NCBI GenBank assembly: GCA_964360785.1
Contig: CAYHXX010000001.1
Span: 73,334-137,333, forward strand
Origin: an uncultured Gammaproteobacteria bacterium
GTDB lineage: Bacteria > Patescibacteriota > Microgenomatia > Woykebacterales > RBG-16-39-9b
Direction: 5' to 3'
Length of the DNA: 64,000 nt
Shown piece after piece: positions 48,191 to 58,175 of the stretch (position 1 is its first letter; each line of letters begins with the position of its first letter). A program made the position numbers and the translations under genes. Under the pieces are notes generated by a model, which saw only the letters and a list, made by a program, of their open reading frames with translations, searched no databases and was not told the DNA's origin.

Positions 48191-48211
48191 TGAAGCAGAT
48201 TATTAGTAAAG

Positions 48212-48436
48212 TTACTTGCCTTCGCCCGTATCTGCTACTTTTGTAACTTTAGTTTTTATCTTAGGTGCTACGATTACGGCGCCTTTGTAGGTTCCGCAGT
48301 TTTTGCAAACCTCGTGTGGTATCTTTAAACTCCCACAGTTTTCACACTTAGCTAAAGCCCTTGCTTTAAGTTGTATGCTTGCTCGTCGCTTGCCTTGACG
48401 TTCAGACGAATGACGGCGTTTTGGTAATGGAGTCAT
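48212..48436 (-). CDS. rpmF: 50S ribosomal protein L32 (with C-terminal extension)
   Basis: KRRHSSERQGKRRA and a CxxC...CxxC zinc ribbon. Confidence 0.85.
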   Translation of the reverse strand: MTPLPKRRHSSERQGKRRASIQLKARALAKCENCGSLKIPHEVCKNCGTYKGAVIVAPKIKTKVTKVADTGEGK

Positions 48437-48480
48437 AAATAAACTAGTCCTATTCTTAACAAGAATTTCTTAATTTACCT

Positions 48481-48510
48481 ATTATATTGAATTCAAAGCT
48501 AGACTGTCAA
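48481..48510 (-). promoter_or_regulatory. sigma70-like promoter for rpmF (TTGACA-18-TATAAT) with the leader palindrome ATTCTTaacAAGAAT
   Basis: Reverse complement of 48481-48510 is TTGACAGTCTAGCTTTGAATTCAATATAAT. A 6-bp inverted repeat in the leader at 48452-48466. Confidence 0.55.
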
Positions 48511-48515
48511 CAAAT

Positions 48516-50534
48516 TCAATCATTTGAAGAATTTGATTTTTCTGGAAACCAGGTGCGCACCAATTGCGTGGGATTGGTTAATAACTTCTTTTCTAAAGCT
48601 AAATCAGCAGCCGCGCGAGAGCGTTCGATTAATTCTAGGTTCAGGAAATCAGCGGTTTTGAGATCTATCTGACCGTGTTGAAGGGTACCGAAAACGTCAC
48701 CCGGACCCCGCATTTTCATATCGAGTTCTGCCAAATCTAGCCCATTGGTGTACTTCTCCAAGTATTTCAATCGTTCCAGCGTCCGCTCTGAAGTTGTTTG
48801 GGTAAATAGCAAACAGAAGCTTTCTTGCCCCACTCTCCCGACTCTTCCTCGAAGCTGATGGAGCGAAGCGAGCCCAAAACGCTCGGCGGCCTCAATTATG
48901 ATGATGTTTGCTTCCGGTATATCAATTCCAACCTCGACAACTGGTGTAGTTACCAGAATTTGTATTTTTTTGTCTCTAAACTGCTTTATTGCCTCATCTT
49001 TCTCGCTCGATTTAAGTTTGCCATGAAGTAAGGCTATTTTTAAATGGGGAAATACTTCTTTACTGAGTCTTTCGTATTCTTCGGTAGCACTTTTAACCGA
49101 AAGAAGCGACTCTGAAGTGTTGATCAACGGGCAAACAACAAAAGCTTGTCCACCCTTCAGGACTTCCTTCTGAATAAATTCATAGGCTCTTTTTCGTTTT
49201 ATTTGAGGAACAAGATAGGTTCTCACCTTTTTCCTGCCAAATGGAAGTTCTTCCAAGGTCGAGATATCAAGTTTTCCGTAGATGGTCAAGGCTAGTGTAC
49301 GTGGTATTGGGGTTGCGGTCATGGTAAGAAAATGCGCTTTCTTACCTTTTTCACGCAAGAGTTGTCTCTGATTTACACCAAACCGTTGTTGCTCGTCCAC
49401 GACAATCAAACCAAGGTTTGAAAAGTTAACAGTCTTTCCCAAAAGAGCGTGGGTACCCACGGCTAGATCGAAGTTTAATTCCTTCAATTTCGAAGTACTA
49501 GTGACTAGTTTTAGACTTAATTTATTCTTAAATATGCTCTCTAAAGTGTTGAAGTGTTGTTTTGCCAATATTTCAGTTGGTGCCATCAACGCTCCCTGAA
49601 AACCGTTTTTCACGGCGCAAAACAGGGCAAAGGCGCTGACGATTGTCTTACCGCTACCAACCTCACCTTGCAGCAGTCTGTTCATGGGGTTTTGCCCTCG
49701 TAAGTCACTACTAATTTCGGTTATCGCTTTTTTCTGTGAAACTGTCAGTTCAAAGGATAGTAAACTAGAAAATTCATCGATAATTGTTTTGTCAAACTTC
49801 CAGCCTCGTCTGAAGGCAATTTCCTTAGGTTTAGTTAGTTGATTTCTAATCCGCAGGAAAAAAAGTTCTTCAAAAGCAAATCTTTCCCTTGACTTGCCAA
49901 GTTTTTCGCTGGTGGTTGGAAAATGGATCTCCTGAAAAGCTGACTTGGAATCGATCAAATGCTCTGCCTTCAAAACTTCTGCCGGTAAATCTTCCTGGAA
50001 ATCCAAATTCGTATCTTTAAGAATCAGGTTAATTTTGCTTCTGATCCACCTGCTCGATACACCTCCCGATTCCGAGTAAATTGGTATTAACCTGGCTGTA
50101 TGTACGGCTTCTTTCCCTTGTGAAAAAGCTTCAAATTTTGGGTTAAGAAAGGTTAATTTGCGATTAAAAATGCTTACTTTGCCGGAAAAATTAAAAACCT
50201 GGTTTATCTTCAGTACAGACATGAGATATTCTTGATTAAACCAGACCGCTTCAATGCTACCCGTCGAATCGTTTAGCACGGCTTTTACAAGAGTTTTACC
50301 GGTTCTGGTACGGATTTTTGTAATCTGCCAAACTTGGGCTGTAATGGTAACAGTCTGTCCCTGCGTAAGATTTACAATTCTACGAGTATCAGAAAGGTCT
50401 TCGTACCTGAAAGGGAAATAGAAAAGCAAATCTCTGATCGTGAATATACCTAAGGAATTCAATTTGTTCCGGTAAACCAAACCAATTCCGGGTACAGAAG
50501 CTAAAGGGGAAGTTGGTAATAGTCTAGCTGACAT
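48516..50534 (-). CDS. recG: ATP-dependent DNA helicase RecG
   Basis: Wedge domain plus helicase motifs GEVGSGKT, DEQQRFG. 672 aa. Confidence 0.9.
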   Translation of the reverse strand: MSARLLPTSPLASVPGIGLVYRNKLNSLGIFTIRDLLFYFPFRYEDLSDTRRIVNLTQGQTVTITAQVWQITKIRTRTGKTLVKAVLNDSTGSIEAVWFNQEYLMSVLKINQVFNFSGKVSIFNRKLTFLNPKFEAFSQGKEAVHTARLIPIYSESGGVSSRWIRSKINLILKDTNLDFQEDLPAEVLKAEHLIDSKSAFQEIHFPTTSEKLGKSRERFAFEELFFLRIRNQLTKPKEIAFRRGWKFDKTIIDEFSSLLSFELTVSQKKAITEISSDLRGQNPMNRLLQGEVGSGKTIVSAFALFCAVKNGFQGALMAPTEILAKQHFNTLESIFKNKLSLKLVTSTSKLKELNFDLAVGTHALLGKTVNFSNLGLIVVDEQQRFGVNQRQLLREKGKKAHFLTMTATPIPRTLALTIYGKLDISTLEELPFGRKKVRTYLVPQIKRKRAYEFIQKEVLKGGQAFVVCPLINTSESLLSVKSATEEYERLSKEVFPHLKIALLHGKLKSSEKDEAIKQFRDKKIQILVTTPVVEVGIDIPEANIIIIEAAERFGLASLHQLRGRVGRVGQESFCLLFTQTTSERTLERLKYLEKYTNGLDLAELDMKMRGPGDVFGTLQHGQIDLKTADFLNLELIERSRAAADLALEKKLLTNPTQLVRTWFPEKSNSSND

Positions 50535-50634
50535 TCAAAAGCATGATTACAAATGGGGCGACTATCAAGGATAGTATCATTACTATGGTAACTATTATCC
50601 AAACAAAACGAGCTTTCTTGGAGAGATTCATTAG

Positions 50635-51834
50635 TTAGCTAAATTTTAATCTAATATAGTTTCTTTTTCCAGCTCTTATTATTACTGATTCTTTATTGGT
50701 TGTGAATTCTTCCTTCGGGTCAAAAATTCTTTTACCGTCAAATTCTACCCCACCTTGTTCTGCCAATCTAATTGCCTGTGAATTACTTTCACAAAGACCT
50801 GTTTCTACCAAAAAGTAGAGGTACGGTTTTGGCATGAGGTTTTTCGAAAGTTCAACCTCCTTTATATTTGCGGGCAATTGCTTTTTTTGGACTACAAATT
50901 CAAACTGAGCTTGAGCCTTTGTGGCCTCGTCTTCGCCAGAATATAGTTTAGTTATTTCAAAGGCTAGTTTCTTTTTCAAATTTATTGGGTTTTCCTTTTC
51001 AGAATTCTTCCGAAGTCTTTTCAGCGTTTCTGCATCAAGATCTGTACACATTTCAAAATACTTCCAGATCAGTTCATCCTTTATCCCCATGATTTTGCCG
51101 AACATGTCTGCAGGAATCTCATCTATATCGATCGAGTTTCCAAAGGATTTGCTCATCTTTCGTCCGTCAGTACCCTCAAGAAGCGGCAGTGTAAGGACAA
51201 ACTTTTCTTTACCGTTTAACTCTCGTTGTAAGTCACGGCCGATGAGCATGTTAAAAGTCTGATCTGTGCCTCCGACTTCAAGATCAACATCCAGAGCGAC
51301 GCTATCATAACCTTGCATTACTGGGTAAAGAAATTCGTGTAGACCTATTGGTTTGTTGTTTTTCAATCTTTCTTGGAACATGTCACGTTCGAGAAGTTGT
51401 TGAATTGTAAAGTGGCCTGAGAGTTTGACTACTTCTTCAAAATTAAGCTTTGAAAGCCAAGTACTGTTATAAACGATTTCGGCTGGGTTTTTTCCTTTGA
51501 AACTTAGGATTTTCTCGGCTTGTCTCCTGTAGGATTTGGAATTTTCGAGAACTCGGTCTTTAGTTAATGGTTGTCTAGCAGAACTTCTATCTGTTGGGTC
51601 CCCGATCATTCCGGTGAAATCACCTATCAAAAGAATTATCCTGTGACCCAGATTTTGAAATTCGGCCAATTTGCGCAGGGCAATGGCGTTGCCCAAATGA
51701 ATTTTGGGGCTAGAAGGGTCAATTCCCAAATAAATTTTTAATTTTGTATCCGAGCTGAGTTTCTTGAGAAATGCTTCTTGGTTTGGGTAAATTGCTGAGA
51801 CATTTTTGGTTAACAGAGCATCAAAGAAATTCAT
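50635..51834 (-). CDS. tyrS: tyrosyl-tRNA synthetase
   Basis: HLGN (HIGH-like) and KMSKS motifs. C-terminal S4 domain. Confidence 0.9.
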   Translation of the reverse strand: MNFFDALLTKNVSAIYPNQEAFLKKLSSDTKLKIYLGIDPSSPKIHLGNAIALRKLAEFQNLGHRIILLIGDFTGMIGDPTDRSSARQPLTKDRVLENSKSYRRQAEKILSFKGKNPAEIVYNSTWLSKLNFEEVVKLSGHFTIQQLLERDMFQERLKNNKPIGLHEFLYPVMQGYDSVALDVDLEVGGTDQTFNMLIGRDLQRELNGKEKFVLTLPLLEGTDGRKMSKSFGNSIDIDEIPADMFGKIMGIKDELIWKYFEMCTDLDAETLKRLRKNSEKENPINLKKKLAFEITKLYSGEDEATKAQAQFEFVVQKKQLPANIKEVELSKNLMPKPYLYFLVETGLCESNSQAIRLAEQGGVEFDGKRIFDPKEEFTTNKESVIIRAGKRNYIRLKFS

Positions 51835-51907
51835 ACTTTTCGGATAAAGGGAAATTCAAGCTAAATTTATTTCATGATAATGATTTTTGTGGTAAAATAC
51901 AATCCTC

Positions 51908-54451
51908 ATGGCGTACTCAATTCTCCCACCACCACCAAGATATATCAGCCGACTCAAGTCACACCGGCGTTCAAAAAGGCGAAAAATTAAGATTGCCGGA
52001 GCTCTGCTTACAGCCGGCTTTATTTTCTTTATTGTCTCTATCGTTAGTACAGCAGTGGCTTTTGGTTATTTTGCCCGTGGCTTACCCTCTCCCAACGAGC
52101 TCACTAATCGTCAAACTTCACAAAGTACCCAAATCTTTGACCGCAATGGCACCCTACTTTACAACGTTTTTGATGAGCAGAATCGAACTTTAGTGAAGCT
52201 GGATAAGATTCCAAAAGATTTACAGCGCGCTACGATTGCTATTGAAGATAAGAATTTCTACGAACACGAGGGCTTTGATCTTACTGGAATCGCTCGATCT
52301 GCGCGTGAAATAGTAGTCGAGAAACAAGTCCAGGGTGGTTCGACTCTCACTCAACAGCTTGTAAAAAAGGCGCTCCTTTCCGATGAGCGCACCGTCACTC
52401 GAAAAATTAAAGAGCTTATTCTAGCAATTCAAATCGAAAGAAGGTATTCAAAAGACGAAATTCTGCAGATCTACCTCAACGAGATTCCTTACGGTGGTAC
52501 TGCTTGGGGCGTAGAAGCTGCCTCAAATCAATATTTCAACAAACATGTTTCCGAACTCTCCCTTACCGAATCTGTAGTGCTAGCGGGTTTACCTCAGCTT
52601 CCCTCAAAATACTCTCCGTTTGGACCCGATCCGGAAGCGTATATTAGCCGCTCTAAAGATGTGCTGCGCAGGATGCGTGAGGATGGTTATATCACCAAAG
52701 AGCAGGAAGAAAAATCGGTCAAGGAACTACCAACTCTTAAGTTTGCTGCATTCGGGCAGGGTATCAAAGCCCCGCACTTTTCTATCTATGTAAAAAAGAT
52801 CCTTGAAGAAAAATACGGTCAGGAGAAAGTTTTACAAGGAGGTTTGCAAGTAACTACAAGTTTGGATCTTAACTTGCAGAATTTGGCCCAAGATGTTGTC
52901 AATAAACAGATTACTTCAGAACAGAACAGAAAACTAAAAGTCAGCAATGGGGCGGCTGTCATCGAAGATACAAAGACCGGAGAAATTCTTGCTTTGGTTG
53001 GTTCAAAAGATTATTTTGCAACTGATATACCGGGTAATTTTGACGTCGCAACTCAAGGACTCCGACAACCTGGTTCCGCACTCAAACCTTTTAACTACCT
53101 GACTGGATTTAAAGAGGGTTACACACCCGCAACAATGTGGCTAGATGAAAAAACAGATTTTGGTGGTGGTTACGCTCCTGGAAACTATGACGATAAGACC
53201 CACGGTTCCTTGCAAACCCGCTACGCTTTGGCTAATTCCTACAACATCCCGGCGGTAAAACAGTTAGCAGTCGTAGGTTTGCCTGACATGCTTAAAACTC
53301 TCAAAGATTTTGGTATTACCACTTTGAACGAACCAAATAGATATGGCCTTTCACTTACCTTAGGAGGTGGTGCTATCAAACTGTATGAACTTACCAATGC
53401 TTATGCGATTTTAGGAAATGGTGGTAACTATGTTGAGCCGACCGCGATTCTTAAAATAACAGATTCCTCCGGTAAAGTCCTGTTTGAAAAAAAGCCTAAA
53501 GAACCTAAACAAGTTGCCGATCCGGCAAAGGTTTATCTGATCAACAGCATCCTTTCAGACAAAACCGCAAAATACCAGGCCTATGGTAGCTTTTGGGCCA
53601 ACCGTCTTAACTTCCAGGAAAATATCGGGGTTAAGACTGGTACAGCCGAATTGAAAACCGACAACTGGACTTTTGGTTACACCCCAACCTACACAGTTGG
53701 TATTTGGGTCGGGAACAATGACAACAAACCAATGCATCCATCTCTTGCTTCTGGTGTTACCGGTGCAGCCCCAATTTATCGAGAAATTATGGAAACTCTT
53801 CTCAAAGGAAAACCAATCGACAAGTTCGTAAAACCTTCGGGGATAGTTGAAATGGAGGTTGATGCACTCACTGGACAAAAAGCCAGCCCAAGTAGTGGTA
53901 GTAAAAGGATTGAAATTTTTGACAAGACAAATTTGCCACCAGAGGATGATATGCATGTCAAAGTCAGAGTTTGTGCACCAACAGGATTACTCGCAAATGC
54001 CTCTTGTGAGGCTGCTGGGCAAGCAGAAGATCGAGTCTACACAGTTCTTTATGATGCTTATACCAAGCAATTTCAGAATGGGGCAACAAAATGCGATCCT
54101 TGTCCGCCAACGCAAACTGACCCAGGTTCCTACACCATAACTGGGACAAATAAGCCGATAGTTGAAATCACAGTTCCAGCCAAGAATGCCGAGATTTCCA
54201 AAGGCAATAACATTGGTTTTACTGCAATTGTCACAGGCACTTCTGTACCAATAGACAAAGTTATATTTACTCTGCGGAATCTTGCAAGCCCACCAGGTAG
54301 CGAATCAACAAAAACAGTAAACTCTGGTACTTCGCCATTCTCGACTACTTTCAATATCAACTCACCTGGAAGCTATTCTATAAAAGCCAAAGCCCTTGAC
54401 GATTCTGGAAACGAAGGTGAGTCCTCCACAGTGACCTTTACTGTCATCTGA
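51908..54451 (+). CDS. bifunctional penicillin-binding protein 1A (glycosyltransferase + transpeptidase) with C-terminal Ig-like domain
   Basis: GT51 motifs (IAIEDKNFYEHEGFD, RKIKEL...). Transpeptidase SxxK and KTG. TGxTVNSG-type C-terminal repeat domain. Extended-10 promoter TGgTAAAAT at about 51884. Confidence 0.9.
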   Translation: MAYSILPPPPRYISRLKSHRRSKRRKIKIAGALLTAGFIFFIVSIVSTAVAFGYFARGLPSPNELTNRQTSQSTQIFDRNGTLLYNVFDEQNRTLVKLDKIPKDLQRATIAIEDKNFYEHEGFDLTGIARSAREIVVEKQVQGGSTLTQQLVKKALLSDERTVTRKIKELILAIQIERRYSKDEILQIYLNEIPYGGTAWGVEAASNQYFNKHVSELSLTESVVLAGLPQLPSKYSPFGPDPEAYISRSKDVLRRMREDGYITKEQEEKSVKELPTLKFAAFGQGIKAPHFSIYVKKILEEKYGQEKVLQGGLQVTTSLDLNLQNLAQDVVNKQITSEQNRKLKVSNGAAVIEDTKTGEILALVGSKDYFATDIPGNFDVATQGLRQPGSALKPFNYLTGFKEGYTPATMWLDEKTDFGGGYAPGNYDDKTHGSLQTRYALANSYNIPAVKQLAVVGLPDMLKTLKDFGITTLNEPNRYGLSLTLGGGAIKLYELTNAYAILGNGGNYVEPTAILKITDSSGKVLFEKKPKEPKQVADPAKVYLINSILSDKTAKYQAYGSFWANRLNFQENIGVKTGTAELKTDNWTFGYTPTYTVGIWVGNNDNKPMHPSLASGVTGAAPIYREIMETLLKGKPIDKFVKPSGIVEMEVDALTGQKASPSSGSKRIEIFDKTNLPPEDDMHVKVRVCAPTGLLANASCEAAGQAEDRVYTVLYDAYTKQFQNGATKCDPCPPTQTDPGSYTITGTNKPIVEITVPAKNAEISKGNNIGFTAIVTGTSVPIDKVIFTLRNLASPPGSESTKTVNSGTSPFSTTFNINSPGSYSIKAKALDDSGNEGESSTVTFTVI

Positions 54452-54529
54452 ACAAATTCGCCGCTTCTTTGTTGTAATTCCATGTAAAATATGTTAATCA
54501 GTTGTCTATTGCTGGGAGAAAGGGTCGAC

Positions 54530-54790
54530 ATGACTAGTCAAGAAAGGGACAAGAGAGATCTCGTTAGGGACTTGCAGAGAGCGATCCGCTCAAACGGCCT
54601 GGCCGGTTTTCGAGTGGAAGAAGCTCTTTCCAAGGGTCCAGTTCCTCGGATCCTGAACGACCTGCGCAGGTATCCGAACATCCCTAGCATCGTGGCACGG
54701 CAAACCATCTTCCGCGACACGTTCGCCGCGATGAAGATGGAGGAAGCAACAACAGCGAACACAGTCGGCCGGAGGCCAGTAGCCGTTTAG
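54530..54790 (+). CDS. hypothetical small protein (86 aa)
   Basis: GGGAGAAAGGG before the ATG. About 57% GC. No recognisable family. The ORF track's 54491 start is an upstream in-frame ATG. Confidence 0.4.
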   Translation: MTSQERDKRDLVRDLQRAIRSNGLAGFRVEEALSKGPVPRILNDLRRYPNIPSIVARQTIFRDTFAAMKMEEATTANTVGRRPVAV

Positions 54791-54853
54791 GGAGGTAGTC
54801 CAGGTGAAGGATGAACCTGGTACAAGCAAGTATTGCCCAGCAATCACCTAGCC

Positions 54854-54890
54854 GTCACGAAGGAATTTGTGGCGGCTACTCTTTTCTGAC
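54854..54890 (+). terminator. terminator hairpin (GCCGTCAC-N10-GTGGCGGC + T tract)
   Basis: Lies between the convergent 54530 gene and the pheT 3' end. A second hairpin CCAGGT-N9-ACCTGG sits at 54811-54831. Confidence 0.45.
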
Positions 54891-56864
54891 GCTAGCTTTA
54901 AATTTTGATTCGAGAAGTTTAGATATTTTCCGACGAACCTGTTCTACTTCTTTACTTTGCAGCGTTTTTTCAAGGTCCAGAAATTCTAAACTCAGAGTTA
55001 TTGAACGGCCTTTACTACTCCTAAATTCATCAGCTAGTTCAACCTTATAGACGAGTTTATCCAATCTGTAGAGCTGCTTTATTATATCGCCAACCAATGT
55101 TTTGTCAGCAATGAAAAACGAAATGTCTTCCTTGATGCTTGGGTATTTGGGTACTGGGGTATATTTGGACTCTTCTGGAATTTTCAAAAATTCGAAGTTC
55201 ACTTCAAGAGCAAAAATATCTTTTTCTTCAATTTTATTTAGCTCTAGTAATTGCTCGTCCAGTCTTCCGAGAACTCCGAATTGAGACCCTCGCAAACTTA
55301 AGGTTAGCTTCTGGGAGAAAATTTTGTCTTTCTCTGCTGCGGACTCAAGGACATTTAGATCAAGACTTTTCCATAATTCGTTTACAACACCCTTGAATTG
55401 TGCCAAAGACCCTTTGTAAATCAAAGCAAGTTTTAATGGTTGTTGTGGTAAATTGGTTGTCTTGTCAATGGTTTTTTCAAATGTCTTAGCGATCTCAAAA
55501 AAACCTAATTCTTCGTAACCTGGGTTTGCAGAGATTGCCTTGATTGCGTTGATCAGAAGAGTGGGTCGAAGATACTCAAAATCACTACTTGCAGGATTTT
55601 TTACCTTTAGACAGTTTTCTAAAGTATAGCCAAATTCTTGGCAATCCTCTTTGGAAATTAAAGTGTAGCCTGTAACCTCGTTAAATCCGTTTCGAAGTAA
55701 AAATCTTCTGACAAATTCTTCACTATCCTTTTCAAAAACCTCAGCTGTTTGTGGTAAGTCTCCTTTTGGAAGAGTTTTGGGTAGATTGTTATACCCAAAA
55801 AGCCTAGAGATCTCCTCGAGGATATCTTCTTCTATTTGAATATCGGTTCGAAAAGAAGGTATTTGAATTTCAAAGGCATCTTCTTTTACTTTTGAACTTC
55901 GTAGAATAAAGCCTGCGGAGGAGAGAATCTCATTAATCTGGGTATCTGTGAGTGAAATACCGATAACTTTGGGGATTAAGTTTTTATCAAAAGTAAGGAG
56001 TTTTTCTTCTACCTTTGGAGTAGAAGTAATCTTACTCGCGATTCTAGCATTAGCAAGTTCGAAAAAAAGCTTAACTGCTCGGTCAAGAGCAAAAGGGTGC
56101 ATGTTCGGGTCAAGTTTCTTCTCAAATCGATTTGACGCTTCAGTCCGTAGGTTTGTGGACATTGAGGTTTTACGTATAGTTTGGGGATCGTATATCGGAC
56201 ATATGAGTAGTATATCTTTGGTTTTTGCATCGATCTCACTGTTTTGCCCACCCATCAGTCCGGCGAGATCAATAATTTGTTTCTCGTCTTCAATAACGAT
56301 TGCTCCTCGTGGAAGCTTCCGTTCTTGCCCATCCAAGGTGATAAGGATTTCTCCCTCCAAGGCTCCGCGTAAAGTCAGTTGACCAGCTATTTTATTTGCA
56401 TCAAATGCGTGCATTGGTTGTCCAAGCTCTAGCATCACAAAGTTTGTGATATCAACGACATTATTGATAGAACGTACACCAGCTAGGTTCAAATAATCTT
56501 TCATCCAGGTTGGGGACTTGTCGAATTTCACCCCACTCAGACGAACAAGACTGTAGTACGGACAGAGCTTTCTATCCTTTACTCTGAAATCGACTTTACT
56601 AGAGACTACTTTCGGAGGAAGCAGTAGGTCTGTATCGGGGAGTTTAAACTCTGAGTGTTCAACGGCTGCTAGTTCTCTGGCCACGCCAACAATTGAAAGT
56701 GTGTCAGGTCTATTAGGAGTGATCTCCAATTCAAAGACTAGCTCCTTTCCAACTTTTTTTATCTGCTCAACCTTTGTTCCAGCAAGTAATAGTTTTTCTG
56801 CTATCTTTTCCGGCGAACTTTTTGTCGAAACGTATTCTTTTATCCAACTTAGAGGAGCTAACAT
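54876..56864 (-). CDS. pheT: phenylalanyl-tRNA synthetase beta subunit (short form)
   Basis: N-terminal tRNA-binding/B3-4 domain, B5 domain and catalytic-like C-terminus. 662 aa. Confidence 0.9.
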   Translation of the reverse strand: MLAPLSWIKEYVSTKSSPEKIAEKLLLAGTKVEQIKKVGKELVFELEITPNRPDTLSIVGVARELAAVEHSEFKLPDTDLLLPPKVVSSKVDFRVKDRKLCPYYSLVRLSGVKFDKSPTWMKDYLNLAGVRSINNVVDITNFVMLELGQPMHAFDANKIAGQLTLRGALEGEILITLDGQERKLPRGAIVIEDEKQIIDLAGLMGGQNSEIDAKTKDILLICPIYDPQTIRKTSMSTNLRTEASNRFEKKLDPNMHPFALDRAVKLFFELANARIASKITSTPKVEEKLLTFDKNLIPKVIGISLTDTQINEILSSAGFILRSSKVKEDAFEIQIPSFRTDIQIEEDILEEISRLFGYNNLPKTLPKGDLPQTAEVFEKDSEEFVRRFLLRNGFNEVTGYTLISKEDCQEFGYTLENCLKVKNPASSDFEYLRPTLLINAIKAISANPGYEELGFFEIAKTFEKTIDKTTNLPQQPLKLALIYKGSLAQFKGVVNELWKSLDLNVLESAAEKDKIFSQKLTLSLRGSQFGVLGRLDEQLLELNKIEEKDIFALEVNFEFLKIPEESKYTPVPKYPSIKEDISFFIADKTLVGDIIKQLYRLDKLVYKVELADEFRSSKGRSITLSLEFLDLEKTLQSKEVEQVRRKISKLLESKFKASVRKE

Positions 56865-56867
56865 AAT

Positions 56868-57863
56868 TTAAAATTGTTCCAAAAACCTCATATCATTTCC
56901 ATAAAAAAGTCTGATGTCCTCAATACCGTATTTAAGCATAGCTATGCGCTCTGGACCCATACCAAAAGCAAAACCAGTGTATTTCTTGGGATCAATGTTG
57001 CAATTTTTCAAGACCTCAGGATGGACCATCCCAGCACCCATGATTTCAAGCCATCTACCGCTTTTGTGAAGCACCTCAACCTCAATCGAAGGCTCGGTAT
57101 AAGGAAAGTGGTGACCGTAAATTCTAGTTTTTGTGTTTTTCCCAAACATCTTCTTTGCAAAAAACTCTAGAGTACCAAGTAAATCTGTCAGTTTAACGTT
57201 CTGATCCACCAACAAACCCTCGACTTGGTAAAAAGCTGGTAGATGAGTAGCGTCAATTTGTTCGACTCTGTACACCCTTCCAGGAAAGAGCATTCGAATC
57301 GGTGGTTTGTGAGTTTCCATGTAGCGAACCTGCATGGTTGATGTCTGAGTTCGCAGGAGTACTTCATCATCAATATAGTACGTTTGTTGTAAATCTCGGG
57401 CCGGGTGATCTTTGTGTAAGCGCAGTTTCTGAAAATTGTAGAGATCAAACTCGACTTCTGGTCCGTCTTGCCAGGCAAAACCAAGATAGTGAAAAATTTC
57501 CTTTATCTCGCTGATAACCTGCAAGGTTGGGTGTTCGTGGCCATAATCTGGCTGCCCGCCGGGTAGTGATAAATCCTCAGAAGAAAATTCATGTTTTTTA
57601 GGTGTTTGTGTTTTAGCCACCTCGAACTTGAACCCCGCTAGTTGACCCCCCACAAATTTTTTAAGTTTATTTAGGCTCGGGACTATCTTCCTTTTTTGCT
57701 CGTCCGGAAGTTTTGGTATTTCGGAAAAAAGACCTGTAATTTTACCCTGCTTTCGACCAATATATTCAACGCGGAGTTTTTCCAATTCTTCTGGTGAACC
57801 AACTTTTTTTAAGGAATCAACGAACGATTTTCGTAACTCCTCTATTTTAGCTTCGCTCAGCAT
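56868..57863 (-). CDS. pheS: phenylalanyl-tRNA synthetase alpha subunit
   Basis: Class II motifs (FPYTEPS, GAGMVHP, GFAFGMGPERIAM). Start placed at MLSEAKIEELRK; the ORF track's TTG at 57902 gives a hydrophobic, atypical N-terminus. Confidence 0.9.
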   Translation of the reverse strand: MLSEAKIEELRKSFVDSLKKVGSPEELEKLRVEYIGRKQGKITGLFSEIPKLPDEQKRKIVPSLNKLKKFVGGQLAGFKFEVAKTQTPKKHEFSSEDLSLPGGQPDYGHEHPTLQVISEIKEIFHYLGFAWQDGPEVEFDLYNFQKLRLHKDHPARDLQQTYYIDDEVLLRTQTSTMQVRYMETHKPPIRMLFPGRVYRVEQIDATHLPAFYQVEGLLVDQNVKLTDLLGTLEFFAKKMFGKNTKTRIYGHHFPYTEPSIEVEVLHKSGRWLEIMGAGMVHPEVLKNCNIDPKKYTGFAFGMGPERIAMLKYGIEDIRLFYGNDMRFLEQF

Positions 57864-57902
57864 TAACCAATAATAACAGAAAGTAGAGATTTCAAACAAC
57901 AA

Positions 57903-58102
57903 AGTACTAAGATTATTTTGTGATGGTTAATTGAAAAAAATACGAGGACGTGTTCTTGTTAGGAAACAAGAATAATCAGACTTGTTTTTGTTAGGAAACA
58001 AAAATCGACCCGGAGATGGGAAGCTCACGCCTGCCCTACATGAGCCTCCCACTTCAGAGTCGATTACAAAGAAAGTATAGCACAATAACTTCGTAAAGTC
58101 AA
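57903..58102 (-). promoter_or_regulatory. pheST leader: promoter TTGACT-17-TATACT (58074-58102), a long terminator-like hairpin + U tract (58003-58065), and two tandem GUU/AAC hairpins with UCCU loops (57981-58002, 57955-57970)
   Basis: All read directly from the minus sense. The U tract of the terminator is also the 5' arm of the next hairpin (UUUUUGUU-UCCU-AACAAAAA). No T-box consensus (AGGGUGGNACCGCG) found. Confidence 0.5.
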
Positions 58103-58175
58103 GACTATGGGGCTGGAGATATCAACTGCTATAAGATAGCGTATGTTATTAGCTTGTTTTATCAGTCCAAATTGC

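Noticed and set aside
50535-50640. 35-aa hydrophobic ORF (MNLSKKARFVWIIVTIVMILSLIVAPFVIMLLNVS) overlapping the recG start on the minus strand
   Set aside because: No Shine-Dalgarno and an out-of-frame overlap with the recG start codon. It is too short to judge and likely fortuitous in AT-rich DNA.
53555-54360. Minus-strand ORFs inside the PBP1A gene (53555..53956, 53776..53961, 53964..54149, 54130..54360)
   Set aside because: They are fully nested antisense to a long gene with clear transglycosylase and transpeptidase motifs.
57903-58175. T-box riboswitch upstream of pheS
   Set aside because: The gene context would fit, but I could not find the conserved T-box sequence (AGGGUGGNACCGCG) or a specifier-loop arrangement. 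It is reported only as an unclassified structured leader.
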